A DNA stretch of 64,000 bases, from NCBI GenBank assembly GCA_951406725.2, contig OX597821.1:73656001-73720000 (forward strand). The letters run 5' to 3'. Positions 40,938-54,429 of this stretch are shown piece after piece (the stretch's first letter is position 1; every line of letters begins with the position of its first letter). Origin of the DNA: Octopus vulgaris. Its lineage: Eukaryota. The notes beneath the pieces were generated by a model, which was not told the DNA's origin, searched no databases, and was given only the letters and a program-made list of their open reading frames with translations. A program made the position numbers and the translations under genes.

Positions 40938-41101
40938 CGACGGGCTTCTTTCAATTTCCGTCTACCAAATCCACTCACAAGGCTTTGGTCGGCCCGAGGC
41001 TATAGTAGAAGACACTTGCCCAAAGTGCCACGCAGTGGAACTGAACCTGGAACCATGTGGTTGATAAGCAAGCCACTTACTACACAGCCATTCCTGCGCC
41101 T
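40648..41101 (-). mobile_element. SINE family A, full length, internal (CA)n(TA)n
   Basis: Matches 28554-28990. Confidence 0.93.
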
Positions 41102-42388
41102 GGGAAATTTAAGATATTAAAGTGCAAAGGTTGACATGAAAAGAAACATAAAAAATATATAATAATTAACGTTTATGAGAGATTTAAAGGATTTTGATAT
41201 TGGAAATTCATTGATGGATGTAATAGGAGAGTTTACTGCTGTTGGGTTTAAGTTACGAAGAACTGGGAGACGCTCAGATAAAAATATAAACGTATACATG
41301 CATACATACACAGATACGCAGACCGAGTGAGAGAGGTGAGGGACAGAGAAAGAGAGAGACTGAGTGAGAGAGGGAAAGAGAAATGGAGAAAGATTGTGTG
41401 AGAGAGGGAGAAAAAGAGAGACGAAGAGAGTGATATATATCCGTTTAGTGTGGACTGCCGGAAAAAGAGTACTCAATACTCTTGTAGGGATTCATGATAT
41501 TTCATTTTGGTCCAGTCAGTCGCTTGATACTCTGAGTTTCACCTGTTGCTGTATAGGATATTCAGACGCACACAGACAGACACACGCGCACACATATGTA
41601 CATGTGCATATATACGTGCACACACACATCACACACATATATGCATACAAAAGTTTATATATAAAAACCATAGCTTGGTTATTGACTGATGATAATCAGA
41701 GAGAATGGTATTTGGTGTTGGCATCGATATTTTATTTCAAAATCCTCTATACTATTTTTCTGAAAGTAAAAGAAATTCCTGAGAAGTTTGTTCGCTCATG
41801 GGATCGGGTCTTTAATCTTTAAGGATTAATCATGAACAAACTGTAAAAGAAGAAAATACGATAACAATGTGACACACACACACACACACACACACAACAA
41901 ATAAAATGGATGGCTTAGCAGTTTAACAACCTGCAGACAAATTAATTGAGGTCCCTAAAGTGACAGAGGGTTTTCTTATAAAGATTGACTGAGGGAGTTG
42001 AGTTTAGCCCTAGGCTTAGTAAGAGTCACCGATGACGATTAAGATGCTCTGCATCAAAATCCGAAATCGTTGATTTCGCTATATCTGCTAAGGGCTTACC
42101 TCCCCTTGTAAACCATTAAGATAATGCTTTGTGGCTTTTGAGTCGCTTTGACTTCTATTTCTAGGAATACTGATACTAATTACAACCCTCTGCTACTTTA
42201 GTGACCCCCACCTCTATTAATATATATATAAATATATATATATATATACTAAGTCTACTCAGTCTATTGATCAGTTGAGGAACATTGAACGATCTAAGAA
42301 TATCAATCTTACTTTCATCAGAGCCTTTCTGGAGAAACAAGCAGAGCACTGAAGGAATGGATCACGGACGCCGGTAATCAACCCAGGA

Positions 42389-42600
42389 AAGGCGGCGAGC
42401 TGGCAGAAACGTTAGCACGCCGGGCGAAATGCGTAGCTGTATTTCGTCTGCCGTTACGTTCTGAGTTGAAATTCCGCCGAGGTCGACTTTGCGTTTCACC
42501 CTTTCGGAGTCGATAAATTAAGTACCAGTTGCGTACTGGAGTCGATCAAATTGATTGGCCCCTTCCCCCAAAATTTCGGGCCTTATGCTTAGAGTAGAAA
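42389..42600 (+). mobile_element. SINE family B, full-length short-tail copy
   Basis: AAGGCGGCGAGCTGGCAGAAACGTTAGCACGCCGGGCG... through GGCCTTATGCTTAGAGTAGAAA. Confidence 0.92.
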
Positions 42601-43426
42601 CGAGTAATCACACCAAGAGTACGGACTGTGATCTTAAGAGACATGTGAAATGCGGAAACGCGCGTAGCGATGCATTAAATCTTTATAAATTCCATCCAAA
42701 GCTTATTGTTATTATTACTATATTCATCGTACGTTATATCGGTACCACTCGATGCAACCTCCCAAACTGGTTCATTAGTCAACATCTATAGACCGTGACC
42801 GGCAGACAGGAAAAGCAGTTTTATTTGCATATTCAAAACTTGTAAACAAATTTAAAAGACACACACACACACACACATTTGGATTAGGCAGGCGAGACCA
42901 ATAATCTGGAGTAAGACCCAATGTACGTCTGTTTCAGAATCTGGTTTTAGACGAGTACAGAGCAGTAATAGGAAAATGAGATGATACAGGAAAAAACGAT
43001 GGGTATGTTATGAACTCCAGAAGTTCATAGCATATATATATATATAATAATATTAAAATTCAATTATCCGCACCAACGCACGGTTGCAACACCATATGGT
43101 TGTACCTCCAACCGTGCTTTCTTCTGCTGTGATTTTTGCTACCAAGGTATCGGTTAAACTTTTGATTAATCTGCAACAAGATTATTCATCTTTCTATCTC
43201 ACCAAATATATATATATATATATATTTATACACGCACACACACATATATATATATATATACATATATATTTATATATATATTCATAGATATATATTTATA
43301 TATATATATATGTATATTTATATATGTTTATGCATCTTTATATATATATTTATATATATGTTTATATAATTATGTTTATATATATATATTTATATATATG
43401 TTTATATAATTATGTTTATATATATT

Positions 43427-43457
<31 letters not shown>

Positions 43458-43546
43458 TTGGTATTGAGTCACAACTTGCCTGAAAATCTTGTGTGCTTAC
43501 TTGGGAAACTCAGAGTAACTAGAGGCCGACTCGAACAAAATAATAT

Positions 43547-43601
<55 letters not shown>

Positions 43602-43970
43602 TGGTACAGTCACAGAATGACACATAATCGCGTATAGGACGAGCTTCTGAACAGTTCCGCCAGATTGCAATGACTCACTAATTTTGGAAGAGAACAGCAT
43701 TTGCTTCATGCACTGTGTAGGGGAACTGAAACCGGAAACACGTGGTTTACAATTGCACTTCTTAACAATACAGTCATGCCTCTGTCTCTCACTCTCTCTT
43801 TGTATATGTGTGTGTGTTTAAGAAGATGTGTGTATAGTTTATCAAATGCTGAAACTTGTTGAATCGTAACAGAATTCATGTTTGTGAGTGTTCAAAGAAT
43901 TGTATTCAACAATCGGAAACCAATCTGAAGTTCAAAATCAGTTTTCAACAAGCTTTCCTAATATATGTGC

Positions 43971-44007
<37 letters not shown>

Positions 44008-44116
44008 CATACGCACATTAATGCTTGTTTTTATGTCGAGTTATTTTAAAAAGAATTTCACATCAAACTGAAGAATTACTCAACACTTTTTATTGAGTGT
44101 AAATTCTTATACTTTC

Positions 44117-44211
44117 ACAGGAAGAGATGTGACAGTGACTTCGAAGTTTCGGATAATTCGACGAAGGCGGGTAGGCCGAAACGTCGAAGTTAATATCACT
44201 TGTCTTCTTGT
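44117..44211. repeat. 36-bp inverted repeat around a hammerhead relic (Penelope-like end)
   Basis: ACAGGAAGAGATGTGACAGTGACTTCGAAGTTTCGG versus the reverse complement of CCGAAACGTCGAAGTTAATATCACTTGTCTTCTTGT. Confidence 0.7.
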
Positions 44212-45159
44212 AAACGTATCATATATGCACATATGCGCATGTCAATGATGTGGACTTTTTGTTCCAATTTGTACTTCATTCGGTGCTGTACTTTGGAGTA
44301 CTAAAGTTCTTCATTCGTTTTGTGTTGAAACATTACGTTGTATGATTTCACCGTTCACCCAGTAATGTAAAGTACCAGTAATGTATTGGGCTCAATATAA
44401 TCACCCCAACCGGAATTTTTTTGTCTTGTGCCTGTTTGAAAAATTATTTAGTTTCATTTGTCGACATTTTAAACAAAAACGTTTTTCGAAGAGGTTTCAC
44501 CTTTTGTGACTCAATGAAAAAGTCTCTTCATTATCGGTTGTTCTACTAGAAATAGCAACCAAAAACGCCTTACTGTCTTACAAAAAGAAGGCTGCATTGA
44601 TGCAACACCAGTTACACTGCTAATGCTATAAAGGAAATGAATGAACACCACAAGTTAAAGGTTTTTATGCTTCTAATTTCGGTACAAGGCTACCAATTTT
44701 GGCGGGTGGGAATTGACCATTATCCCCGGTATTCTAGTTCTTACTTGGCCCTTTATTGAAGAGGAAAGGATTCAGGGCACTGTCGAGCTCGGTGGGATTT
44801 GAACTCCAAATTCCCGCCAATTTGAGCACATTCATTCACGACATGTTCCATCAGATGACCCACTCTGTATTTCTGTATATCACGAGTACAAAGACTCACC
44901 GCTGGAAACAAGGAAGACAGAGAGAGAAAGAGGGAGCAATGACAATACACGAGTGCTTTGTCTGGTTGCAGTGGTAAGTTCTACTCTTTCCGCGGACACA
45001 GTACGTATGGAAATACATAGTCCCTGCTCGAGTGATTTACCTAGATGCATAATTCTAAGACGAAGTCTTCAGTGTGCCATGAACGAAACAATTTATGGAG
45101 TTCTTCAGATTTCCTACAATAAATAACGAAAAAAACAAACAAACCAATTCTGCGATAAA

Positions 45160-45161
<2 letters not shown>

Positions 45162-45231
<70 letters not shown>
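45162..45231. repeat. (ATT)n microsatellite
   Basis: Direct reading. Confidence 0.98.
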
Positions 45232-45232
<1 letters not shown>

Positions 45233-45873
45233 TCTGTTGATATTGTTGCTGTTGTTTTTATAACAAGTTCAAATCTAGTATGGTTTGTTAATTTGCCTGT
45301 CAAAATCCATTCAAAAATATAGATTTTCTTTTCTTTTTTTTTCTTCCTTGTCTTTAATTTTCTTCTACATTTCAACACGAACTTATTGCCTTGTTTGTCT
45401 TACCATTTTTTTCTCTGCTTCTTCTTGTAGCTCCTTTCCCCAGTTTTCTATTCTTTGTTATTTTGTTTTTACTCCAACAAACAAATTATTCCATCAAAAT
45501 CGGTCACTCATTAAAATCTAATTATAAACGTACAACCAAATGGAAACTATAGGAGGAGCAAGGGAAATTCTGCTACAGCTTGCTTGGGGCCATCTTACAA
45601 GACACACGTAGCGTATACATTCTGCTTCATGACACAGAACGAAAGGCGGGACATGGAGATCGCTTCTTCGACTCCTTCCTTTCTTTCTTCCTTTCTTCTT
45701 CATTTTTCTTTCTTTCTTTTACATTTGTTTTGTTTTTGGATTTTTTAAACATATTTCTTCTTCCTTTTTTTTTTTTACTTGTCACTATTACACACTTCGG
45801 CTTTCATATTATATTCTGCTCATATCTAAAGTGAGTGGGAAGCGTGTATACACATACGTGTGAAAGTGCATAC

Positions 45874-45909
<36 letters not shown>

Positions 45910-46101
45910 GCAAACACACATATATGTAAGTATATGTATATATATGTGTATGCATGTATATATGTATGTGTGTGCATATATGTAATGTATGTTTGTGTAT
46001 ATGTGTGTATACACAAATACATACCTATATATATAAATATATATATATGTACGAATATCTATCTATATGTATGTATATCTATCTATCTATATATATATGT
46101 A

Positions 46102-46132
<31 letters not shown>

Positions 46133-46537
46133 ATCTATATATATATATATAAATAAATGTGTGTATGTGTGCATGTATGTATGTTCTAGGTGAAAGTAAT
46201 TATTACAAACTGTATTGGATCCGCACTGTTGATATTTGCTGTAAATTCTTCATCGAACCATCCACCTATTTATTTACCTGAATGTATACCTACATACCCA
46301 CCTACCTTTCCTTACCGTGTTATGTATGTATGTATGTATGTATCTATCTATCTATATCAGTGTATATATACATACACGTATTTTTCAGCATATGTATATG
46401 TGTGTCTCTCTGAGTCTGCGCGCGCTTGTATGTATATATATATATAAATATATATATACGCACACACACGTATTTTTCAGTAAATTTATGCCATTTTCAG
46501 TAAATGCTTGTGTATATTTTACAAGCACAAGTGTAGA

Positions 46538-48005
46538 CTAGGGATTCTTGGAACCCCAAATGGAAATCAGACGTCTGGATGCGGCGGTCGAGGTAAAATA
46601 CATGTCTGCGACCACAAAAGCATGAAAATGCCTCCTTTGCGTTCACGAATGGAAGTGTAGACAGCACTGTATGCGTGCTGCTGGTCCTGAAGCAACTTCG
46701 GCTCATTTTCGTCGATGTATTGTTGAAGAGCATTGACGTCCTAGGCTATTTCCTCAATAACGCCTGTTGGTAGTGTGTGCGATCCCGTTCTGCTGACTTT
46801 CGGTAGACCATAAAATGAAAGGTCGTTACCGCCGGCAGTAAGTAGGCTGTCCTCAATGTCGATGAGTGCTCTGTTGAAGAAGACATCGTTGAAATCAACG
46901 TCCAAGTGAGGCAACAGAAGTTGTCCTTGGTAGTGGTAGTTCTCCCATAAGGTTACAGGATCACTGAGTTCGCATGTTTGCAGTAGCACTGCAAAGAGCT
47001 TTCGAAGACTCATCGCCGAGCGTAGTATTGTAGCTGCTTCGGCCATTGTTGCTTCCCACGGAGCGCCGTCTTCTAGCAGGCCGCATTTAAGGCAAGCTTC
47101 GCTATATGTAGCAAAACCTTCGCCGTTGAAGCTCTTCAGATTGTCGAAAGATGTTGGTCCCGTGACCTCATGCAGCAGTAGGCGAAGGTAAAAGATTCCT
47201 GTTGATTAGGGCGAACTGTGTAAACTCTTCCAAGGGTGGGGGAAGATTTTACGTTTGTCTTGTTTCCTTGATTCCCAAATGCGTGTTTTCTTTTTCCAAA
47301 TGTAATATGATGGAGCCTGGGGATACAGGAGGGTCTTGGCGAAGGGGCCATTGGTGCAGAGTTTGACGAAGGGGGTTCTTGTGTCAGCTGAACAGCATTA
47401 GAGCTGGAGAAGTATACTCTCTGGCCGTTCTCATGATGCAAATAAAATAAAATCGATTTTTTGACAGTTTTCGCGTTTTTGTTGTTGTACAGGGATGCCT
47501 TTGGACATAGAACAGATATATGATAGAACCGCTGTTACAAGGTGGTGCGTTAGCCGTAAAAATCAAGGAAATCAGATTTTCCAGTAAAAAGTCTTCTACC
47601 GTGTAATTTGGCAAAAATGCGAAAAATTGATTGTTTTCAAAGTTTTTCGCAATTTTCTTGAGAATCAGAGGCCCAAAAGCAGTGCCAAAATATGTCTGAA
47701 ATGTCGCAACATGTCGGTCCTTTTGACACCAAAATTATAAAAATTGGACTTTCCTGTAAAATCTTTTCTCGCGTGCAACTTTTGCCTTTGTTTGCAAAAA
47801 GTGTGTGTGCGGGTTTCCCTTCAGTTTTATCGATTTTTCTCCTAGAAGGGGGTATCTCTAGGCATCGGTAATGCGGCAGTGACCTGCCTGGGTAAATTTG
47901 CCATTTAATAAAGAAAATTTCATCAAAATCGGATGAAAAATGTGGAAACGCATAAAAAGCATACACATACACACAGAGTGACATTTTGAGTTTTATATAT
48001 GTGTA
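46538..48005 (-). mobile_element. Internally deleted Helitron with Rep/helicase linker remnant
   Basis: HHENGQRVYF, LGRVYTV..(frameshift)..YLRLLLHEVTGPTSFDNLK..TYSEAC..GLLED..W..MAEAA..LRKLFAVLL..DPVTLW are Helitron RepHel motifs. 3' end is a GGGGTTC-CAA-GAATCCC hairpin + CTAG followed by T; 5' end resembles TCTATATATATAAAACTC (TC degenerate). Confidence 0.9.
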
Positions 48006-48745
48006 TGCATCCCAACGCAAAACGCAAAAACACGGAATGCAAGAGAAATAAAGAAGAGGAAACGAAAACAAAAAAGAGAAATACAGCGAAACGAAAACGT
48101 GTTGGTATTGACGTTTTGTGTAGTCTACAAAAGAAACAATGTACAAGATTTTACAATCGGAATTGGAATTGTAGAGATTTATGAAGAAATCGTCTTCGTG
48201 TCAACAGATTCGATTAAGATAAAAAAAAAAGAAAGAGAAATGAAATGGAAGAAGAAGAAAGAGAAGAAGAACGAGAAGGAGGAAGAGAGGGGGAAGGAGA
48301 GTCGCTGTAAAATTTCAGTCTTAACAAGATTAACAACTAAGAATGGTTTTGTTGAATGTAGAAGAGAGCAACAATAGGATCCCATGGTGTGGAATACTCG
48401 TACACATCTGAGTATGACTGAATCAACGAACGAAGTTTCAATGAAAAACTTAGTGAATGAGTGTGTGTGTGTCGTTCGTTTCGTTTGTTTGCACATAATT
48501 AGTTACAAATATTTCATATTCACACAGACACATGCGCATGCACACCACATACATACACACGCACACACACACACAAATACATAGTAAAACGATCGGACCA
48601 CTACACACACACACTCATACACACACACGCACACTCATACACACACACACACTCATACACACACACACACTCATACACACACACTCATTTGTCACATATA
48701 AAGGTACGTATGTGTTGTGGTGGACAGATATTACACACATCGGAA

Positions 48746-48822
48746 TACAGTAACCCCTCGACTATCGCGGGCGTTACGTTCCAACTCCTCCCCGCGATAG
48801 GTGGAAATCCGCGAAGTACTGT
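48746..48822 (+). mobile_element. pogo/Tigger-like transposon end
   Basis: TA-CAGTAACCCCTCGACTATCGCG...CCGCGATAG..CCGCGAAG-TACTG-TA. Confidence 0.55.
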
Positions 48823-48945
48823 ACTTTATTCTTTTATTTATTTCAGTCATTTGACTGCAGCCATGCTGGAGCACTGTCTTTAGTCAAAGAAATCGATCCC
48901 AAGACACTTAATCTTTGTAAGCCTAGTAATTATTCTATCGGTCCC
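48823..48945 (-). mobile_element. SINE family A 3' fragment
   Basis: TTTCAGTCATTTGACTGCAGCCATGCTGGAGCAC... Confidence 0.85.
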
Positions 48946-49123
48946 TTAATTATTTCTCACCGTTGTGCTGTGTCCTCGCATTGTCTCTCTTACCACAACC
49001 ACAACCAAATCCACCCGCGTCTATATCTTCTCTACAAAAATTCTCTGCTGTTTCCACCCTTATGAATCGCATATTAAGAATCGTTTAATCCTTTCTCCTT
49101 ATAATAACAATACAAAAGGAACA

Positions 49124-49507
49124 GTGGAGGCGCAATGGCCAAGTGGTTAGGGCAGCGGACTCGCGGTCGTAGGATCGCGGTTTCGATTCCCAGACTGGGC
49201 GTTGTGAGTGTTTTTTGAGCGAAAACACCTAAAGCTCCACGAGGTTCCGGCAGGGGATGGTAGTGATCCCTGCTGTACTCTTTCACCACAACTTTCTCTC
49301 TCACTCTTACTTCGTTTCTGTTGTACCTGTATTTCAAAGGGCCGGCCTTGTCACTCTCTGCGTCACGCTGAATATCCCTGAGAACTACGTTAAGGGTACA
49401 CGTGTCTGTGGAGTGCTCAGCCTCTTACACGTTAATTTCACGAGCAGGCTGTTCCGTTGATTCGGATCAACCGGAACCCTCATCGTCGTAACCGACGGAG
49501 TGCTTCC
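49124..49507 (+). mobile_element. SINE family C, full length, perfect 12-bp TSD
   Basis: tRNA-like head with A and B boxes; TSD ACAAAAGGAACA at 49112-49123 and 49508-49519. Confidence 0.95.
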
Positions 49508-50195
49508 ACAAAAGGAACACCTCCCTGTTTATATAAGTTGAAAATAGCAGCCATGTCTTTCTCATACAATTTGGACCCTGGAGATCAGTAATTGCTTTTA
49601 GAACTACGAACGGTTGACTTCTGCGCGGTTAACCTTTACCAAATTTCGCTCTTGGTGTATCGATCAACCTGATACTATAGCAGAAATGTAGCCCTAGATG
49701 AGTAGTACTCGGCCTTTTTATGCCTTTTAATTCCTGTTTTACTCCCTGTCCTTCCCCCCTAGCCATTCGATGTTTAAAAAATCTTACTGTATTTTTTATA
49801 ATTAAATATTATTAGGAAATTGTACAAAAATTGCTAAACTAGTTTGTGTATCGGAGAAGTAGATGCAATTTATTGTTCATTATTTTTTAACAACAAAATC
49901 TTATATGGAGCCCGATTGAGAACCGATGTCCTAGATGCTCGATTCAGGAGCGAGTGGTTACGATTGGAAGACCTTTAGAGATAGGCCCATACAATCAGGC
50001 AACTAGGGTCAAGCTAGAGGCCAAATAATAACAAGAACAATAAAATATATACTACTATGGTGAATAGTTAGACTCGGTAGCGCAAAGACTCAAAACGTTG
50101 GTTTTGCTATTTAGCGTTCTGTGTTCAAATGTTAATGGAATTTCCTTTGCTGTTCAATCCTACATTTATCCCCCCCCCTTTCTCTCTCTCTATTT

Positions 50196-50338
50196 ATGGC
50201 TGTGTGGTAAAAGTTTTGCTTCCCAACCACATGGTTCCGGGTTCAGTCACACTGCATGGAAGCGTAGGCAAGTGTCTTCCGCTACAACCCCGACCATCTA
50301 AAGCCTTGTGGGTGGATTTGGTGGACGGCCCATCGTGT
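50196..50338 (+). mobile_element. SINE family A 5' half
   Basis: TGGCTGTGTGGTAA...GGTTCCGGGTTCAGTC...GCCTTGTGGGTGGATTTGG. Confidence 0.85.
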
Positions 50339-50379
50339 GTATATATATATATATATATAAACACACACATATACATACG

Positions 50380-50423
<44 letters not shown>

Positions 50424-50439
50424 CACACATATACATACG

Positions 50440-50483
<44 letters not shown>

Positions 50484-52160
50484 TGTGTATGTGTGTATGT
50501 GTGTGTGTGTCTGTGTGTTATAAGCAGTAGAGTCAGGACACGAACCCACAACTCCTTCGCATCAGCTCCCAGCCTTTCCCTCTCTTGGGCATTATGACTG
50601 TTCCCACGGCCCTTTGGTTGTCGGGTATCTCTCTGTATTCTTGCTGATTAGACAACAGTGAAAGCTCAAAATACATATCATCAATTATGAAAACCAATAG
50701 ATTCACGTTACTGCATAAGACCAGCAAAACAACAACAACACAAACGAACTACAACAAACACAAGAGAAAAAAAAGAAGCAAACAAAAACAAATAAACATC
50801 TCTTAAAAATAACTATGAAAGCAAAAAAAAACAATGAAAAAAACTCGTAGTAAACACTAAATATATAAATTCTGGAAATCAACAGAAATTGATTATATAC
50901 TGTAAAGAAACGCATAAATACAGAAATTGACTTAATGTCTGTGAATACTAAAACATCATATATTTATGACCAATGCAAATAGAGGCATCAGCAATTACTT
51001 CCCCTTTTAGTCGCTCTCTATTCACATCAGTACGACAATCGTGGAAAATTACGGAATTATCTCTCACGCTGAATAGAATGGAGTGATTTTTCCTGCAGTT
51101 AATGGCTGTAAGAGAGAGATTTGTAATGTTTGAATAGGACACAAAGATTGCTCATTAATAACGCAAGAACACTAAAAACGAATCAGTAGATAAATAATGA
51201 ATGTATAATGTAAGGGGAAAGAAAGAAACAAAAACGAACACATCAAAAGAATAAACAACAACAACAACGGGGAAACAAACGGTCGTAAGTCATCGGTGAT
51301 ATTGCATTGTGTTATAATAATAACATATCTGTGAACCTGATACACTGTATAATATGAGAATGATATCAGTTATATTGTGTAGCAATCATAAGTGATTAGT
51401 GAGGCAGGACGAGGTCTGACCGAGAGAAAATCAAATCTGAAATGGAATAAAATACGAATCTCATCTGAATGCGGTGTAATTGAAAGAATTAACTAATCTA
51501 ATATGAAAAGAGTAAAACCGAACAATCCCAATGTAACAACATATATTAATAGAGATAAACTTATACTAAAAATAATAGTTACTGAATAATCCATTACATC
51601 CTTTATCAACAAAACACACACATTCTTCAAAAATATATATAAAATAATAGCTAAAAAATACATAAAAAGTTATTAATAAATGGAGACAATGAATGACGTC
51701 CATGTTGAATCGCATAGAAAAGGCATAACTTTGGAACTGTTTAATTTAGCCCATGAAATATTCAACTGTATTAACGATATACAGTGTATTAGTTAATATA
51801 TGATTAATGTAATAATTATATCTACTAAAAATCAAATATTGCAGTTTTATTGTCAGGCTTTTTGTTGTGTAGCCCCGAGAGATGGCAAAAAAGAAAAAAG
51901 GCGTTTTCCCTTTGAACTCGTTTCATTTCTCTTTGTTGTACAAGAAGACATCTAAAGATAACATTCACAGCTCTTGTTCTTCTCAGAAATAATCCTTCAA
52001 TGATATAATTATGAAATCTTCAACAGGCTGACTCGATAGACATATCAGTTAACAGTTCGAATCATTCTGAAGATCGATACTCGCTATCAAGATTGTGTGG
52101 CGTACATGAGCCAAATTCGTGACTTTCGAATAGCTCCCGCCGCAAATCTTTAAGACAAGG

Positions 52161-52226
52161 TGGCACAGTAACGCGGCACAGTAACGCTGATACAGTAATG
52201 CTAGCACGTAGCACTGGCACAGTATG
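52161..52226. repeat. 13-14 bp degenerate tandem repeat GGCACAGTAACGC
   Basis: About 5 units by direct reading. Confidence 0.8.
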
Positions 52227-52949
52227 GGTGACACACTATGAATGAACAGTATTTTTAATTCTTGACACCCTTAAGTTCAGCTGCTTCAGTATCCAGGTAG
52301 GAGAGAATTGGATCCGTACCTATTTAGTTTTATGAAGGAAACTCGACTTCATCCCGGCTGGCTAGAAATAGAAACCGAATCTCCTACGAATTACATCTTA
52401 CCAACTCGTAAAAATGTAAGGAGACATAAAATAATAGTTTCGCTTGAAAATCAGACGGGATGGTCATGGTTGAAATAGTTTTGATCATTTAGGGATGACG
52501 TAGGACAAAGTAAACATTTGTTATTACAACAACGCTATATATAGACCTGAAGGCGAATCTTCATTGCTTCTACTACGACATAATGCTGTGTCACCACACT
52601 TGGTGTGGTAGTTAAATATACAAGATGTTGACAAGTTTTGTCAGCATTAATATAAACCTGTTAACAGAGATCGGTTGCGATCAGTTGAGCGTCTTACTGT
52701 ACGTCATGTCTCTCCCACTCACTCTGTCTCCCCCATGCCTCTCCGCTATATATAGTTAATTTGTGAATATACAATTGTACTATATAAGGCTGAGTACATA
52801 ATAATGCAAAACATGACCACATAATATCTGGTATACTGAAATTAATGCTACATGAAGATTGCGAAACGTGCACACACCAACACACATACAGTAATTTCAG
52901 AAATGGCCGCAATAACATCAACAACGCGACCAACAGCAACAACGACAGC

Positions 52950-52993
52950 TTGTGTGTACGGCCACGCCGCTCCCATCGTGGCCGTACACACAA
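52950..52993. other. Perfect 17-bp hairpin with 10-nt loop
   Basis: TTGTGTGTACGGCCACG-CCGCTCCCAT-CGTGGCCGTACACACAA. Confidence 0.95.
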
Positions 52994-53190
52994 ACTCAGA
53001 GCGATACAGCAAGGATACCAAAAGTCGTGGTGAAGGGCAGCAACAGCGGAGGGGACGAGGGTGAGGGTAGGATCATAGTACTACTAAGAACAACGACACA
53101 CACGCACACAGATGCAAACGCATATAAAGATACACATCATAGAAGAATAAAATGAATTAAGTGGAGCAGGAGCACACACAAGAACGGAAA

Positions 53191-53236
53191 GTGTCGCTGA
53201 AGAGGTCACAGATGTGTGACGAAAGATTTCCGGACA
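53191..53236 (+). ncRNA. Candidate type I hammerhead ribozyme
   Basis: GTGTCG-CTGAAGA-G-GTCACA(GATG)TGTGAC-GAAA-GATT-TC-CGGACA: intact core, 6-bp stem II, near-palindromic stem III, stem I with one bulge. Confidence 0.7.
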
Positions 53237-53339
53237 AAGGACATGAGTTAAAGTAAGAACAGTGATAAACGAGTGATGAACGAATATACAGAGCGTGTGT
53301 TTATTTGGCAAAAAAAATATAAATGACCGTCCCGAAATG

Positions 53340-53387
<48 letters not shown>

Positions 53388-53429
53388 AAGATATAAGGCT
53401 GAAGGAATTTCTAAATCACCATAATATAT

Positions 53430-53661
53430 ATTTCTTTACTATCCACAAGGGGCTAAACACAGAGGAGACAAACAAGGACAGACAAAGGGATTAAGTCGAC
53501 TACATCGACCCCAGTGCGTAACTGGTACTTAATTTATCGACCCCGAAAGGATGAAAGGCAAAGTCGACCTCGGCGGAATTTGAACTCGGAACGTAACGAC
53601 AGACGAAATACGGCTACGAATTTCGCCCGGCGTGCTAACGTTTCTACCAGCTCGCCGCCTT
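53430..53661 (-). mobile_element. SINE family B, full-length long-tail copy with TSD
   Basis: Complete head plus the long tail seen in the 27908 array; ATAATATATA flanks both sides (53422 and 53666). Confidence 0.92.
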
Positions 53662-54154
53662 TTATATAATATATATGATGATTTCCTTGTTGCCCTCTCA
53701 CAGCATTGTGACTAAGAGCAGACAAATCCAACTTTGCTCAGTTCTTTATTTCATGGAAACCAGGAATTCAATTGAACCTATTTTTTTTTTTATCATTTCA
53801 ATGGAGCTTCGAACTTACAAATGGTAATTACCCCGCTGTGCAGGGCAGCAGTTTAGAACAAGTTCTCTTCTCAGGAAGTTCTGGTACCTATTCTCTCGAA
53901 ATCTAGTTGAACTGAGACACATTTTTCTGTTTTAGGCACAAGGCCTGAAATTTTAGGGAAAGGAGCTCGTTGGTTTCGCGACACCAGTGCGTGGCACTGG
54001 GGTCCTGCGCGCTAACGATTCTGCCAGCTCAACGCCTTCGCTGAGGCACATAGATTAAAATGTATAACAATGAGAGAAGTAAGGAGACGGCTTGGAGTGG
54101 ATTTGAACTCTTGAACAATGAGCTGGTAATTCAATTTTTATTCCGTTGGTCTAT

Positions 54155-54380
54155 TTACTCCTTTACTCTTTTAATTGTTCCAGTCATTTGACTGTGGCCA
54201 TGCTGGAGCACTGCCTTTAGTCGAGTAAATCGACCCCGGGACTTATTCTTTGTAAGCCTATTACTTATTCTATCGGTCTCTTTTGCCGAACCGCTAAGTT
54301 ACGGGGACGTAAACACACCAGCATCGATTGTCAAGCGATGTTGGGGAGACAAGCACAGACACACAAACATATACACACAC

Positions 54381-54429
<49 letters not shown>

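Noticed and set aside
42628-42675. GAAACGCGCGTA palindrome after CTTAAGA
   Set aside because: The core is mutated and stems I and II are mostly unpaired; too decayed to call.
49124-49200. tRNA genes at SINE heads (also 10951, 24969, 33397)
   Set aside because: No complete cloverleaf or acceptor stem; the heads continue into shared SINE bodies, some with TSDs.
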